DNA of 64,000 nt from an uncultured Verrucomicrobiae bacterium (GTDB lineage Bacteria; Verrucomicrobiota; Verrucomicrobiia; Palsa-1439). A program made the position numbers and the translations under genes. The notes beneath the pieces were generated by a model that worked only from the letters and a program-made list of their open reading frames with translations, did not search any database and was not told where the DNA came from. The stretch spans positions 145,176 to 209,175 of the forward strand of contig CAWJFL010000007.1 of assembly GCA_963842185.1 (NCBI GenBank). Direction: 5' to 3'. This document shows, in pieces, positions 51,291-63,320 of the stretch; within the stretch, counting starts at the first letter, position 1, and each line of letters begins with the position of its first letter.

Positions 51291-52440
51291 TCAACTCGGC
51301 GCCGAGCTGGACAAGACACGCGGGGAAGGATTGTACCGCACTCTGCGGACCGTGGCATCCGCGCAAGGACCGCGCATCCAGCTCGATGGCCGCGAGCTCC
51401 TGAACTTTTCCAGCAACGATTACCTCGCCCTGGCCAACGACCCGGTATTGAAACAGGCGGGGCTGGATGCGATGGAGAAGTACGGGGTCGGGGCCGGTGC
51501 GTCGCGCCTCGTGTCCGGGAACCTGCAACCTTACGAGGACCTGGAGCGCAGACTCGCGGCGTTCAAAGGGAAGGAAGCCGCGCTGGTTTTCAGCAGCGGT
51601 TATGCGGCCAATGTCGGCACCATTACCGCGCTGGTCGGTGAGAAGGATGCGGTCATCCTCGACAAGCTGGACCATGCCAGCATTATTGATGGCGCGCGTC
51701 AGAGTGGGGCGACGATTCGCGTCTATCCACACAAGAACGTGAAAAAGCTCGAAGCGATTCTCCAGCAGAGCGGCTCGTTTCGACGGACGCTGATTGTGAC
51801 CGAGACAGTATTTTCCATGGACGGCGATCTGGCACCGCTGGCGGAGATCGTCGAACTGAAAGAGAGATACGGGGCCTGGCTGATGATTGATGAGGCGCAC
51901 GCGACCGGATTGTATGCGAGGAATCGCCGTGGCCTCGCCGAGGCCGCGGGCGTGGAGGACAAGATCGATATTACTCTCGGGACGCTCAGCAAGGCGCTCG
52001 GGTCCCTGGGCGGATTTGTCGTCGGATCGCAGGTATTGATCGACTTCCTGCGAAACCGGGCGCGCAGCCTGATTTATTCGACGGCGTTACCGCCAGCGGT
52101 GTGCGCGGCGTCCGCGGCGGCGGTGGATTTTGTGATGAGTGAGCGCGGACAGGAACGTCGCGACCGGCTGTGGCGCAATGTGAGCCTCATGAAGAATGGA
52201 TTGTCGGCGCTGGGTATCCAAAACGACTCGCGCAGTCCCATCATCCCGGTCATTATCGGTAACGAGGCGGCCACTGTGGAAGCTTCACGGAGGCTGTACG
52301 AGCGCGGCATCTTCGTGCCGGCGATTCGTTTTCCAACCGTTCCGAAGGGCAAAGCGCGCCTGCGGGTCACGGTGACCGCGGCGCATGAACAATCCGATGT
52401 CGAACAATTCGTGGCGGAGTTCGGTGGAATCACGCGCTGA
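51274..52440 (+). CDS. bioF: 8-amino-7-oxononanoate synthase
   Basis: NFSSNDYLALA.., DEAHATGLY and the PLP lysine context TLSKALGSLGG. Confidence 0.9.
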   Translation: MSSLRDQLGAELDKTRGEGLYRTLRTVASAQGPRIQLDGRELLNFSSNDYLALANDPVLKQAGLDAMEKYGVGAGASRLVSGNLQPYEDLERRLAAFKGKEAALVFSSGYAANVGTITALVGEKDAVILDKLDHASIIDGARQSGATIRVYPHKNVKKLEAILQQSGSFRRTLIVTETVFSMDGDLAPLAEIVELKERYGAWLMIDEAHATGLYARNRRGLAEAAGVEDKIDITLGTLSKALGSLGGFVVGSQVLIDFLRNRARSLIYSTALPPAVCAASAAAVDFVMSERGQERRDRLWRNVSLMKNGLSALGIQNDSRSPIIPVIIGNEAATVEASRRLYERGIFVPAIRFPTVPKGKARLRVTVTAAHEQSDVEQFVAEFGGITR

Positions 52441-53704
52441 CAAGGACCATCGCTACCTCTGGCATCCGTTCACGCAGATGAAGGACTGGATGGCGGAAGA
52501 ACCGGTCATCATCGAGTCGGGGCAGGGCGCAATTCTACGGGACGTGAACGGGCGCGAGTACATCGACGCGAATTCCTCGATCTGGACGAATCTCCATGGT
52601 CACCAGCACCCAAGGATTACGCAGGCCATCAAGGATCAGCTCGACAGGATCGCCCATTCTTCATTCCTGGGCTTATCGAATGAGCCCGCCATTGAGCTGG
52701 CGGAGAAACTGGTGGCGATTGCGCCGCCCGGGCTGACGCGCGTGTTCTATTCCGACGATGGCTCGACCGCGATGGAGGTGGCTATCAAGATGGCCCTGCA
52801 ATATTGGCAGCACCGGAAACAGCCGCAGCGCACGAAGTTTGTGGCGTTTGCTGACGCGTACCACGGCGACACGCTCGGCGCGGTCAGCGTGGGCGGGATT
52901 GATTTGTTTCATGCGGCGTTCAAGCCGCTATTGTTTGACGTGCTTCGGGTGGGTGATGTATCGAGCTTGGAGAGGATGTTTCACGGGCATAAGGACTCGA
53001 TTGCGGCGGTTGTGATCGAGCCGCTCGTGCAGGGCGCGGCAGGAATGAGACTCTGGAAGCGCGGCTTGCTGGGTGAATTGCGGCGTCTATGCACCGAGCA
53101 TGGGGCGTTGTTGATCGCCGATGAAGTGATGACCGGCTTCGGACGCACGGGAACGATGTTTGCCTGCGAGCAGGAAGGTGTGACACCCGACCTGATGGCG
53201 GTGGCGAAGGGCCTCACCGGTGGTTATCTGCCGCTGGCGGCGACGCTGACGACCGAGGAAATTTTCGACGCATTTCTTGGCGATTACGGCGAGTTCAAGA
53301 CGTTCTTTCACGGACACAGCTACACTGGCAACCAACTCGGCTGCGCGGCGGCGCTGGCGAATTTGCAGGTGTTCGAAGAAGAGCAAACGTTGAAGGCACT
53401 GAAGCCAAAGATTGAACGACTGCACGCGGGGCTCGACGCCATGAGTTCACTCCCACACGTTGGAGACGTGCGTCACATCGGGATGATCGGCGGCATCGAA
53501 TTATTTCAGGATGTTGCCGCGAAGAAACCGTTCCCGCTGACCGACAGGATGGGCATCAAGGTGTGCGGGGAGATGCGGCAGCGGGGCGTGCTCACCCGGC
53601 CCATTGGCAACACCATCGTGCTGATGCCGCCGTACTGTATCCGCGGTGAGCAACTGGATCACGTATTAAGCGTACTTGCGGAATCAGTCCAATCCGTGGC
53701 ATAA
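52385..53704 (+). CDS. bioA: Adenosylmethionine-8-amino-7-oxononanoate aminotransferase
   Basis: YLWHPFTQM.., HGHSYTGN and ADEVMTGFGRTG. The start is uncertain (ATG 52385/52397 or GTG 52424), and it overlaps the bioF 3' end. Confidence 0.92.
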   Translation: MNNPMSNNSWRSSVESRADKDHRYLWHPFTQMKDWMAEEPVIIESGQGAILRDVNGREYIDANSSIWTNLHGHQHPRITQAIKDQLDRIAHSSFLGLSNEPAIELAEKLVAIAPPGLTRVFYSDDGSTAMEVAIKMALQYWQHRKQPQRTKFVAFADAYHGDTLGAVSVGGIDLFHAAFKPLLFDVLRVGDVSSLERMFHGHKDSIAAVVIEPLVQGAAGMRLWKRGLLGELRRLCTEHGALLIADEVMTGFGRTGTMFACEQEGVTPDLMAVAKGLTGGYLPLAATLTTEEIFDAFLGDYGEFKTFFHGHSYTGNQLGCAAALANLQVFEEEQTLKALKPKIERLHAGLDAMSSLPHVGDVRHIGMIGGIELFQDVAAKKPFPLTDRMGIKVCGEMRQRGVLTRPIGNTIVLMPPYCIRGEQLDHVLSVLAESVQSVA

Positions 53705-53740
53705 TACACTTACGTAGTAGGTGGCCGGAAAGGGAAGGCC

Positions 53741-54559
53741 GTGATTCGTCAACCAGCGGTGGCCGGGCAGTTTTACCCGGCAGATGCGTCGGAGATTGGT
53801 GCGGCGCTCGACGCACTGATTCCTTTGGCCGTCCCAAAGCGGAAAGCCATCGCCGTTGTTTGTCCACACGCGGGCTGGATGTATTCCGGCCACACGGCGG
53901 GGCTTGTTTACTCCTGTGTGGAAATCCCCGACCGTGTGATACTCGTCGGCCCCAATCATCGTAATGCCGGCAGCCACTACGCCGTGTATAGTTCGGGCGC
54001 ATGGCATACGCCCGTTGGAGATGTGCCGGTGGCCGAGCCGTTGGCATTGGAGCTTCTCGACAATTGTGAATTACTTGCCGAAGACATCAAGGCTCACGCC
54101 CAGGAGCATTCACTGGAAGTGCAATTACCGATGCTGTTGCGGGCGAACGCGAATGTCCACATCGTCCCGCTTCTGATTGGTGGAGGCTGGCCCGAGAGCG
54201 GCGGGCGTCGCGAACTCAAAGAAATCGGCCGTGCTGTGGCACAATCTGTAAAGGAGTACGGCAAACCCGTGCTGCTTGTTGCCTCGACCGATCTCAATCA
54301 CTACGAGAACCAGGAAGCGTCCCACATAAAAGACAAACTCGTCTTGGACGCCGTCGTGAAGCTGGATCCCGACGCGCTGATGGACCGGGTGATCGACGTC
54401 GGGGTTTCCATGTGCGGCGTGGCGGCCACGTATATCGTATTGTGGGCGGCCAAGGGCCTTGGTGCCAAGCGCGCCGAACTCCTCGAATACCGCACCAGCG
54501 GCGATGTGAGCGGCGATTTCGCGCGGGTGGTGGGTTATGGCGGGGTCGTCATCGAATGA
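53741..54559 (+). CDS. AmmeMemoRadiSam system protein B (Memo-like)
   Basis: GTG start. RQPAVAGQFYPAD.., VCPHAGWMYSG, HSLEVQLP and STDLNHY. Confidence 0.85.
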   Translation: MIRQPAVAGQFYPADASEIGAALDALIPLAVPKRKAIAVVCPHAGWMYSGHTAGLVYSCVEIPDRVILVGPNHRNAGSHYAVYSSGAWHTPVGDVPVAEPLALELLDNCELLAEDIKAHAQEHSLEVQLPMLLRANANVHIVPLLIGGGWPESGGRRELKEIGRAVAQSVKEYGKPVLLVASTDLNHYENQEASHIKDKLVLDAVVKLDPDALMDRVIDVGVSMCGVAATYIVLWAAKGLGAKRAELLEYRTSGDVSGDFARVVGYGGVVIE

Positions 54560-54626
54560 GCGGAGGCAGGTTTGACAGCGTGGCGGGGGCTTGGTACAGT
54601 TAGTGTGCAGTTTGGTGGTGACGAAA

Positions 54627-54944
54627 ATGATTACACTTACGGAAAACGCCACGAAGCATATCAAGACATTGCTCGCTGATCCGGGCGCGCAGGGGAAGCC
54701 ATTGCGTGTGTACATCGAGACGGGCGGTTGTTCGGGTATGGAATACGGCATGGCGTTCGATGACAAGAAGCCCGATGACGAAGTGATCGCGCAGGATGGC
54801 GTGGAAGTTGTGATCGATCCGATGAGCATGAATTTCCTGAAGGGCAGCGAGATCGATTATCAGGACAGCCTGCAGGGTTCGGGGTTCCGGATCAAGAATC
54901 CCAATGCGCATTCGAGCTGCGGGTGCGGGCGTTCGTTCAATTGA
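54627..54944 (+). CDS. HesB/IscA-family iron-sulfur cluster insertion protein
   Basis: Trimmed to MITLTENATKHIK... GGCSGMEYGM and the C-terminal CGCGRSF cysteine motif. Confidence 0.9.
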   Translation: MITLTENATKHIKTLLADPGAQGKPLRVYIETGGCSGMEYGMAFDDKKPDDEVIAQDGVEVVIDPMSMNFLKGSEIDYQDSLQGSGFRIKNPNAHSSCGCGRSFN

Positions 54945-54959
54945 CAATTTCATAGGCAG

Positions 54960-56904
<1,945 letters not shown>

Positions 56905-57077
56905 ATGGCCAAGCCTGTTCTAATGACACGTTCGCTTCAGATTTCGTTCCAGGTCTCGCGAATGTGCGAAATATCACCCGCAACCAAGGCAAGCGATGAA
57001 GAGCATTCTATTTGCCGTTTATCTCCTGCTCGGCTGGAGCGCGCTGCCGGCGTTTTCCTGAGGAGGGCAAACCCCCG

Positions 57078-58130
57078 GTGCGTCTTGCCATCATTGGCCT
57101 CGTTCACACGCATGTGCGGGATTTCCTTCCGCTGGCGCTCACCAACACAGAGGTGCAGGTCGTCGGCATCGTGGAACCGGATCAAATGCTGGTGGCGCAA
57201 GCCGCCCGGCGTTGGCAGCTCAACACGAATTTGTTTTACGCCAGCTTGGAAGAGCTGCTGGCCAAAACCAATGTGCAAGCGGTGGCCACATTCACCACCA
57301 CGTTCGATCATCGGCGGGTCGTGGAAGCGTGCGCGCCTCGCGGCATACATGTGATGATGGAAAAGCCGTTGGCCGTGAACATGGAGCACGCCCGCGCGAT
57401 GGCCGCGGCCGCCAAAAAGGGCGGCATTCATCTGCTCGTCAATTACGAGACGACCTGGTATCCCGCCAATCAGGCGGCGTACAAATTGGTCGGGGAACAG
57501 CATGCGATCGGCGACTTGCGCAAGCTCGTGGTTCATGACGGACATCAAGGGCCAAAAGAAATTGGCTGTCCGCCGGAATTTTTGCAATGGATTACCGACC
57601 CGGTGCTGAGCGGTGGCGGGGCGTTGACGGATTTTGGCTGTTACGGCGCCGACCTGATAACCTGGCTGATGCACGGCCAGCGGCCGACGTCGGTGTTCGC
57701 GGTTACCCAGCACATCCAGCCCGATGTCTATCCGAAGGTGGACGATGAAGCGACGATTGTGGTGACGTATCCCAAGGCCCAGGGAATCATCCAGGCGTCC
57801 TGGAATTGGCCGTACAACCGAAAGGACATGGAGATTTACGGTCAGACCGGGTACGTGCTGGTGCCGCGGAGAGATTTGTTGCGCGTGTTGAAGGGAGACC
57901 AGCTTGAGAAGGAAACTCAGACGACCGTCGCGCCGTTGACCGGCCCGGAGGCCGATCCGATCTCTTATTTGGCAGCGGTTGTGCGCGGGGAGATACAACC
58001 CACCGGCGATCTTTCGTCGCTGGACGTGAACATGACCGTGATGGAAATTCTCGACGCCGCCCGCGAGTCCGCGGCGACGGGAAAACGGATTGATCTACCC
58101 GTGGACACTGTCGAAACGAAGCAGAATTAG
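57078..58130 (+). CDS. Gfo/Idh/MocA-family NAD(P)-dependent oxidoreductase
   Basis: The Rossmann start VRLAIIGLVHTH.., MMEKPLA and a typical C-terminal alpha/beta domain. The GTG at 57078 lies 10 nt after GGAGG. A possible signal peptide lies upstream in a different frame (see findings). Confidence 0.85.
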   Translation: MRLAIIGLVHTHVRDFLPLALTNTEVQVVGIVEPDQMLVAQAARRWQLNTNLFYASLEELLAKTNVQAVATFTTTFDHRRVVEACAPRGIHVMMEKPLAVNMEHARAMAAAAKKGGIHLLVNYETTWYPANQAAYKLVGEQHAIGDLRKLVVHDGHQGPKEIGCPPEFLQWITDPVLSGGGALTDFGCYGADLITWLMHGQRPTSVFAVTQHIQPDVYPKVDDEATIVVTYPKAQGIIQASWNWPYNRKDMEIYGQTGYVLVPRRDLLRVLKGDQLEKETQTTVAPLTGPEADPISYLAAVVRGEIQPTGDLSSLDVNMTVMEILDAARESAATGKRIDLPVDTVETKQN

Positions 58131-58250
58131 GAGCGGGAGCATGGACGTAACGCAAACAGGGCGTTAAGCAGGCGATGGCCGAAGTTGCAGCGCGGCGCAG
58201 TCGTACCGGGAGACTTGCCGGAGAAAGTTCGAAGGACTACCGCGTTTTTG

Positions 58251-59204
58251 CTATTGAAGCTTGCTAAGTGACTTCGCGTTCAAATCCAATTGCTGATAGT
58301 AGACCGGTACGCGAAGCGTTTTCCTTAAAGTGGTGAGGTAACGGCCTGCTTCACTGGTAAGAGGGCTTTCGGAAACGACGATCAACTTTTCTGCAACGTT
58401 GCCGGGTGTCCAGTACGCGTACTCAACAAGTTGGCCAATTGCATCGCGCAAGCATGTTCTAATGCATGAGTCCGACTTGATCTCGTAATATGTGTTCTTG
58501 CCTCTGCGGAGGACGACGACATCTATGCGGCCACCTGTACCAGTAGGAACTTCTGTCCCAACGGAGTTCTTTCCATACCGTCCACAAAGTTTCTCGTACA
58601 ACGCCCTTTGGAGTTTGTTCTCGCGGAGCAGGATCGTTTTTATTTCCGTCTTCGTTTGCGCTTTCGCTGATTCACGCTTTGGGCGACACCCTGGCCTGAA
58701 TGCAATTCCAGGCTCTTGCGGAAGATGGGCCTCTTTCCCAGCCAGCCAGATACCTTCGTCGCCAAGAAGAAATTGAAGCTTTGGATTACGCTTAGCGATC
58801 ATACCTAGCAAACGCCTTGCGACTTTCTTATCGGCCAATAAAGATTTGGGCCAGCCGGGAAAGGGTTTAGTTTTCCACCACTTGTCCAAGATCGTATCGC
58901 TGTGGATGTCAGCTAATGAAATTGGTGAAGCCAGCCAAACTAAAGGCTTAAACTCACAATTGTGCCAACTGCTGTTGTTCTCTCGCTCAGCAGGTCCCCG
59001 AACAACCCCCAGTCCAACCACCGCTCTGGTTGTCCCACCGAACCAGAAAAGATAAAAGTCTCCCCTCTTTGCCGTCTTCTTGCATGTCCACTTTCCCTTG
59101 CGGTTCTTGCATTTTCTCTGAAAACGAACGAGCCGGTTACCCGGCTTGCCCGGATCGTCAACCAGAGTCGGCGCGAAAACAATATCCCTTTTTGATTCTG
59201 TCAT
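58251..59204 (-). CDS. Two-domain protein: N-terminal PUA-like (EVE/ASCH-type) domain plus C-terminal PD-(D/E)xK nuclease-like domain
   Basis: N-terminal pattern KRGDFYLFWFGGTTRAVVGLGVV..FKPLVWLASPISLADI. C-terminal pattern GTEVP..GRIDVVVL..YYEIKSD..AIGQLVEY, i.e. E...D...ExK...Q. This is a domain assignment by eye only. The region is AT-richer than its surroundings. Confidence 0.6.
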   Translation of the reverse strand: MTESKRDIVFAPTLVDDPGKPGNRLVRFQRKCKNRKGKWTCKKTAKRGDFYLFWFGGTTRAVVGLGVVRGPAERENNSSWHNCEFKPLVWLASPISLADIHSDTILDKWWKTKPFPGWPKSLLADKKVARRLLGMIAKRNPKLQFLLGDEGIWLAGKEAHLPQEPGIAFRPGCRPKRESAKAQTKTEIKTILLRENKLQRALYEKLCGRYGKNSVGTEVPTGTGGRIDVVVLRRGKNTYYEIKSDSCIRTCLRDAIGQLVEYAYWTPGNVAEKLIVVSESPLTSEAGRYLTTLRKTLRVPVYYQQLDLNAKSLSKLQ

Positions 59205-60217
59205 TCGCAGTCCCTCAGGCTAGAGATTTTCCTTACCAACGTTTTCCAGCGGGGATCACGGCGCAGACTCCGCAAGTCAGAATCTCGCTGCATGTGTGCG
59301 GCATTGCGAAATCCGTGGACAATCGCCAACTCTAAATTTGCAAAAGCTGCTTCGGTCTTGCGCTCCAAGGCATCCAGGCAAGCCAAGCAGTAATACGTCC
59401 AGCCGTATGTTGAATTAAGGCGCAGCGCCTTTTGAAAATAAGGCCGGGCTTGCTTGTTTTGCTTGAGCCGAGTCAGGGTAACGCCAAGATCGTACCATGC
59501 GTAAGAGCATCGTGGATTGAGTTTCGTTGCTCGCAGGAGAACCTCGACCGCCTCAGCCTTGCGCTTCGTCTCCATCAAAATCGATCCGACCAAGTGGACG
59601 ACCTCTTCCGACTTTGGGGTGAGCAATTCAGCGGCACGGGCAAACGACAAGGCCGTGTCCATGCGTTTCGCCCGGTAGTTAATTCGGCCAAGGTTGTAAA
59701 GGATATTGATGGCGGTTCTCTGTGCTGGCGCTAGAACCTTCGCGGCTTCTTTTGAGCGGCCAAGTTCGTCCTGACACAAGGCGAGATTTGTCATTGAAGA
59801 CAGGTGCAAATCTGAGGAGGCCCGTCTCAGTTGGGGATCGCTGGCAATGATGGCGGCGAACTCCGTACTGGCTTCGTCGTGGTGTCCCAAATGGAAAAGC
59901 GCCAAACCCAAATCATAATGGAAGAGGTTTGTCTTTGGGGAAAGTCCGACAGCTTTGCGGAGGGCGGCGACTGCTTCCTCGAAGCGTTCCAGTGCGAGAA
60001 GGATGTCGCCGTAGTTGTACCAAGCGAGTGCTGATTCGGGATTACTTTTGATCGCCTTATCGTAGAGATCGAGCGCCGCTGGCAAGTCGCCACTCCTTTC
60101 GGAGAGCATTCCGGCGTCGAGGAAGAAGTCGTGCAGTTCGTGAATGTCGCCACCGCTGCGCACGCGCTCTTCCGATTCGTGGCCGTTCCTATCGCCGTTT
60201 CCCGGATACGTGCTCAT
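59201..60217 (-). CDS. Tetratricopeptide-repeat protein (about 8 TPR units), translationally coupled to the downstream nuclease-like gene
   Basis: Repeated A..Y/W..G.....A...F..AL...P patterns throughout (e.g. ALAWYNYGDILLALERFEEAVAALRKAVGLSP). The stop overlaps the next start (ATGA at 59201-59204). Confidence 0.8.
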   Translation of the reverse strand: MSTYPGNGDRNGHESEERVRSGGDIHELHDFFLDAGMLSERSGDLPAALDLYDKAIKSNPESALAWYNYGDILLALERFEEAVAALRKAVGLSPKTNLFHYDLGLALFHLGHHDEASTEFAAIIASDPQLRRASSDLHLSSMTNLALCQDELGRSKEAAKVLAPAQRTAINILYNLGRINYRAKRMDTALSFARAAELLTPKSEEVVHLVGSILMETKRKAEAVEVLLRATKLNPRCSYAWYDLGVTLTRLKQNKQARPYFQKALRLNSTYGWTYYCLACLDALERKTEAAFANLELAIVHGFRNAAHMQRDSDLRSLRRDPRWKTLVRKISSLRDCE

Positions 60218-60303
60218 TTGGTTTCGCTCGCCTTTTGGAGGTTAATGCTGGCGAGTCTACCTCCGACAGAGACTCCTCGACAAGCTCGGAATGAAGCACA
60301 AGG

Positions 60304-60326
60304 AGAGGCCGGGCCTACCGGCCTCT
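60304..60326 (-). terminator. Stem-loop downstream of the MFS gene and upstream of the TPR gene, a candidate terminator
   Basis: Perfect 9-bp stem AGAGGCCGG/CCGGCCTCT with a 5-nt loop. The flanks are only moderately T-rich on either strand. Confidence 0.4.
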
Positions 60327-60458
60327 TAGATTTGATTCTCGCGTTGCTTACTGCGGCGACGTGGGCGCAGATTTCTTGGCGCGTTGTTGGGCGCGCTCGA
60401 TGTGAGCGGCGCTCATCCGTGAACCCTGACGACCGCACCGGCGGGAATCTCGCTGGCA

Positions 60459-62015
60459 CTATTGCGAATCGAGGCGGACGGGCCGGTAGCCGCCGCGGGA
60501 TTTGAACCAGGCAATCAGGGCGAGGTAACAGGCCAGCATGAAGAGCGGAAAGAGCGCCATTTTGCCGAGGGCGCTGAACTGGCCGGTCGCGGTTGCGGCT
60601 TTGATTTGTTCCCTGGAACTGTTGTCGATTACGGTGGCCGCTTTGACCGGGTCAATGGCTTTGTAAGCGCCGAGCAAATAGGTTTTCTCGATGGTCACCG
60701 TTTGATACAGCGCTGGGCTGGACGACAGTTGTTTCGTCGCAGACGATTCCTGCAAATAGCCGATGAACGGCGCGCCGAGAATGCCCACGGCCAGCATGCC
60801 GATGCCACCCATCGCGTTCAAGGTGAGCGCGCCGCCTTTGGGGCATTGTTCCGACGTGAGGCCGAGGATGGTCGGCCAGAAGAAGGTTTTGCCGACACCG
60901 TAGAGTGTCGCGGCGGCAAAAATGGCGAGAATGCCCGCGCCGCTGGTGTGGGAGAGCGCGGCGAGTCCAATCGCGGCCAGCGCCGAGCAGGTCGCCAGCA
61001 GGCCGAGCGGGGAAAGTTTGTGGATCAACGGCCCGGCCGAAAAACGCAGGACCGTCATGATCGCCGACGTGTAGACCAGCACCCAGGCGGGATTGTGTCC
61101 GGCGGCCTGCATGGGGGTTTGCATCAGCGAGGTGATCCAGGCGTCCGTGCCCAGTTCGGTCGTCGCCTGGGGCATCATGATGACAATCAGAACGGCGAGG
61201 ATGAAACGGCCAAAGGATTTGGTCACGACGGCGAAAATGGCGACGACGCCACCGGTGAGGCCCCACACCACACCGCTGCTCCAGCCGAACACTTGTCCCA
61301 GTTGGGCGAACACCAGTCCAAATCCGACAAGCGCGCCAAACGCGCCGAGTTCCTTGAGCATGTCCCGATAACCGACGCCGGCCTGTTCGCGTTCGCTTTT
61401 GGGAAATTTCAAACTGAGGAGAATGAAAAAGAAAATGAATGCGGGAATCAAAATCAACCCGAGCGTGATACGCCAGTCGAGATTGTTGGCCAGCGCAATC
61501 GTGCACAGTCCGCCGAGAACCAGTCCGCCCGGCCAGCCGGCGTGCAGACGATTGAGCCATTTCGTTTTGTCCGTGTTGAACATCGTGGCGACGATCGGGT
61601 TGATGTACGCCTCGACGCTGCCATTGCCCAAGCCCAGAATGATGCTGCCCCAATAGAGCAATTGATAGCCGTGTTTCTGCGCGGCAGTCAGCGCATCGCC
61701 GGTCACGCCGTGAATCGAACCGTACGCCGTCATTGCGAGGGTTGCGTAGGCGAGGTAACTGACGAACGAGAAGATCATCGCGACCTTGTAGCCCACGCGG
61801 TCAATGAACAGGCTGAACAGAATAATGCTGACGCCGAACGGCCAGATGCCCGCGCCCTGCAGTTCGCCGACGGCCACCTTGTCGAGGCCGAAGTCGGTGA
61901 CGAATTGCCCGCCGCACAAAATCATGCGGCTGATGAAGGCGTAACTGGTGGTAATGAGAGCGATGAAGCAGCCCCAGAAGAGGAGTTTGTCGTGGCGGTT
62001 GTTCATGGTTGCCAA
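60459..62015 (-). CDS. MFS-type transporter
   Basis: 518 aa with about 12 or more hydrophobic segments arranged as two halves around a central charged loop (KFPKSEREQAGVGYRDMLKE). Substrate unknown. Confidence 0.7.
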   Translation of the reverse strand: MATMNNRHDKLLFWGCFIALITTSYAFISRMILCGGQFVTDFGLDKVAVGELQGAGIWPFGVSIILFSLFIDRVGYKVAMIFSFVSYLAYATLAMTAYGSIHGVTGDALTAAQKHGYQLLYWGSIILGLGNGSVEAYINPIVATMFNTDKTKWLNRLHAGWPGGLVLGGLCTIALANNLDWRITLGLILIPAFIFFFILLSLKFPKSEREQAGVGYRDMLKELGAFGALVGFGLVFAQLGQVFGWSSGVVWGLTGGVVAIFAVVTKSFGRFILAVLIVIMMPQATTELGTDAWITSLMQTPMQAAGHNPAWVLVYTSAIMTVLRFSAGPLIHKLSPLGLLATCSALAAIGLAALSHTSGAGILAIFAAATLYGVGKTFFWPTILGLTSEQCPKGGALTLNAMGGIGMLAVGILGAPFIGYLQESSATKQLSSSPALYQTVTIEKTYLLGAYKAIDPVKAATVIDNSSREQIKAATATGQFSALGKMALFPLFMLACYLALIAWFKSRGGYRPVRLDSQ

Positions 62016-62018
62016 CTC

Positions 62019-62602
<584 letters not shown>

Positions 62603-62606
<4 letters not shown>

Positions 62607-63304
62607 GGGCTGGCCCGATACCACTCCGAAACGTCGGTGCGCAAGAGGTCGCCGATGTGGTCGATTTGAACATCGGCGGGAGGGTACGTGGCGAGGACTT
62701 TGGGGTCGAGGGCGTAGTGGCCCTGGCGGATGAAGACGGTGGTGACGCGGTCGCGCCAGCGTTTCTTCACGGCGGTCAGGATGCGAAGTTTGTCGTCGAT
62801 GAGGACGTAATGGCGGGCGGGGAACCGCTTTTTCACGTCGTCGAGTTCGTTCTCCTTGTGCACGTAGATGAGCACGTTGCCATCGACGGCGTCGAACAGG
62901 CCCGAGCGATCGACCTTGAGCGGCTGGAACACCACATCGCCATCGGAGAGGATGACCGGCAGTCCCCATTTCTTGACGCGATCAACGACATCGAGCGAGT
63001 TGGGAAACAGGCGGTTGGCGAACGGGTATCCGATCAAGAAACGCGACACGATCAGGAGGCGCAGGTCGCGCGGGTATTTGGCGCGGTAACGCTGCAGGGC
63101 GCCAAGGTAGTCGGCGTACCCGAGCGTCGAGCGCAACGCCTCAAAAATGCACCAGTACTGCCGGGCGCGTTGAGGTCCGACCTCGCGATGCAGGTGCTTG
63201 CGGAGATCGGCGATCACGCGGTCGTTGTCGAGGAGCGTATTGTCGACATCGAACAGAAAGACAACCTTGTTCGACGGGGCGTTGCGGGTGTGGGACGATT
63301 TCAT
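62603..63304 (-). CDS. HAD-superfamily hydrolase
   Basis: Trimmed to Met57. HAD motif I is FLFDVDNTLLD, and a later SDGD and IDDK fit motifs III/IV. The stop overlaps the TMEM175 start. Confidence 0.75.
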
Positions 63305-63320
63305 GGCGATTCGGGCGACC

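Noticed and set aside
56937-57998. 353-aa minus-strand ORF
   Set aside because: It is antisense to the Gfo/Idh/MocA oxidoreductase gene, which has clear Rossmann and family motifs. The antisense product is Arg/His/Leu-rich with no domain.
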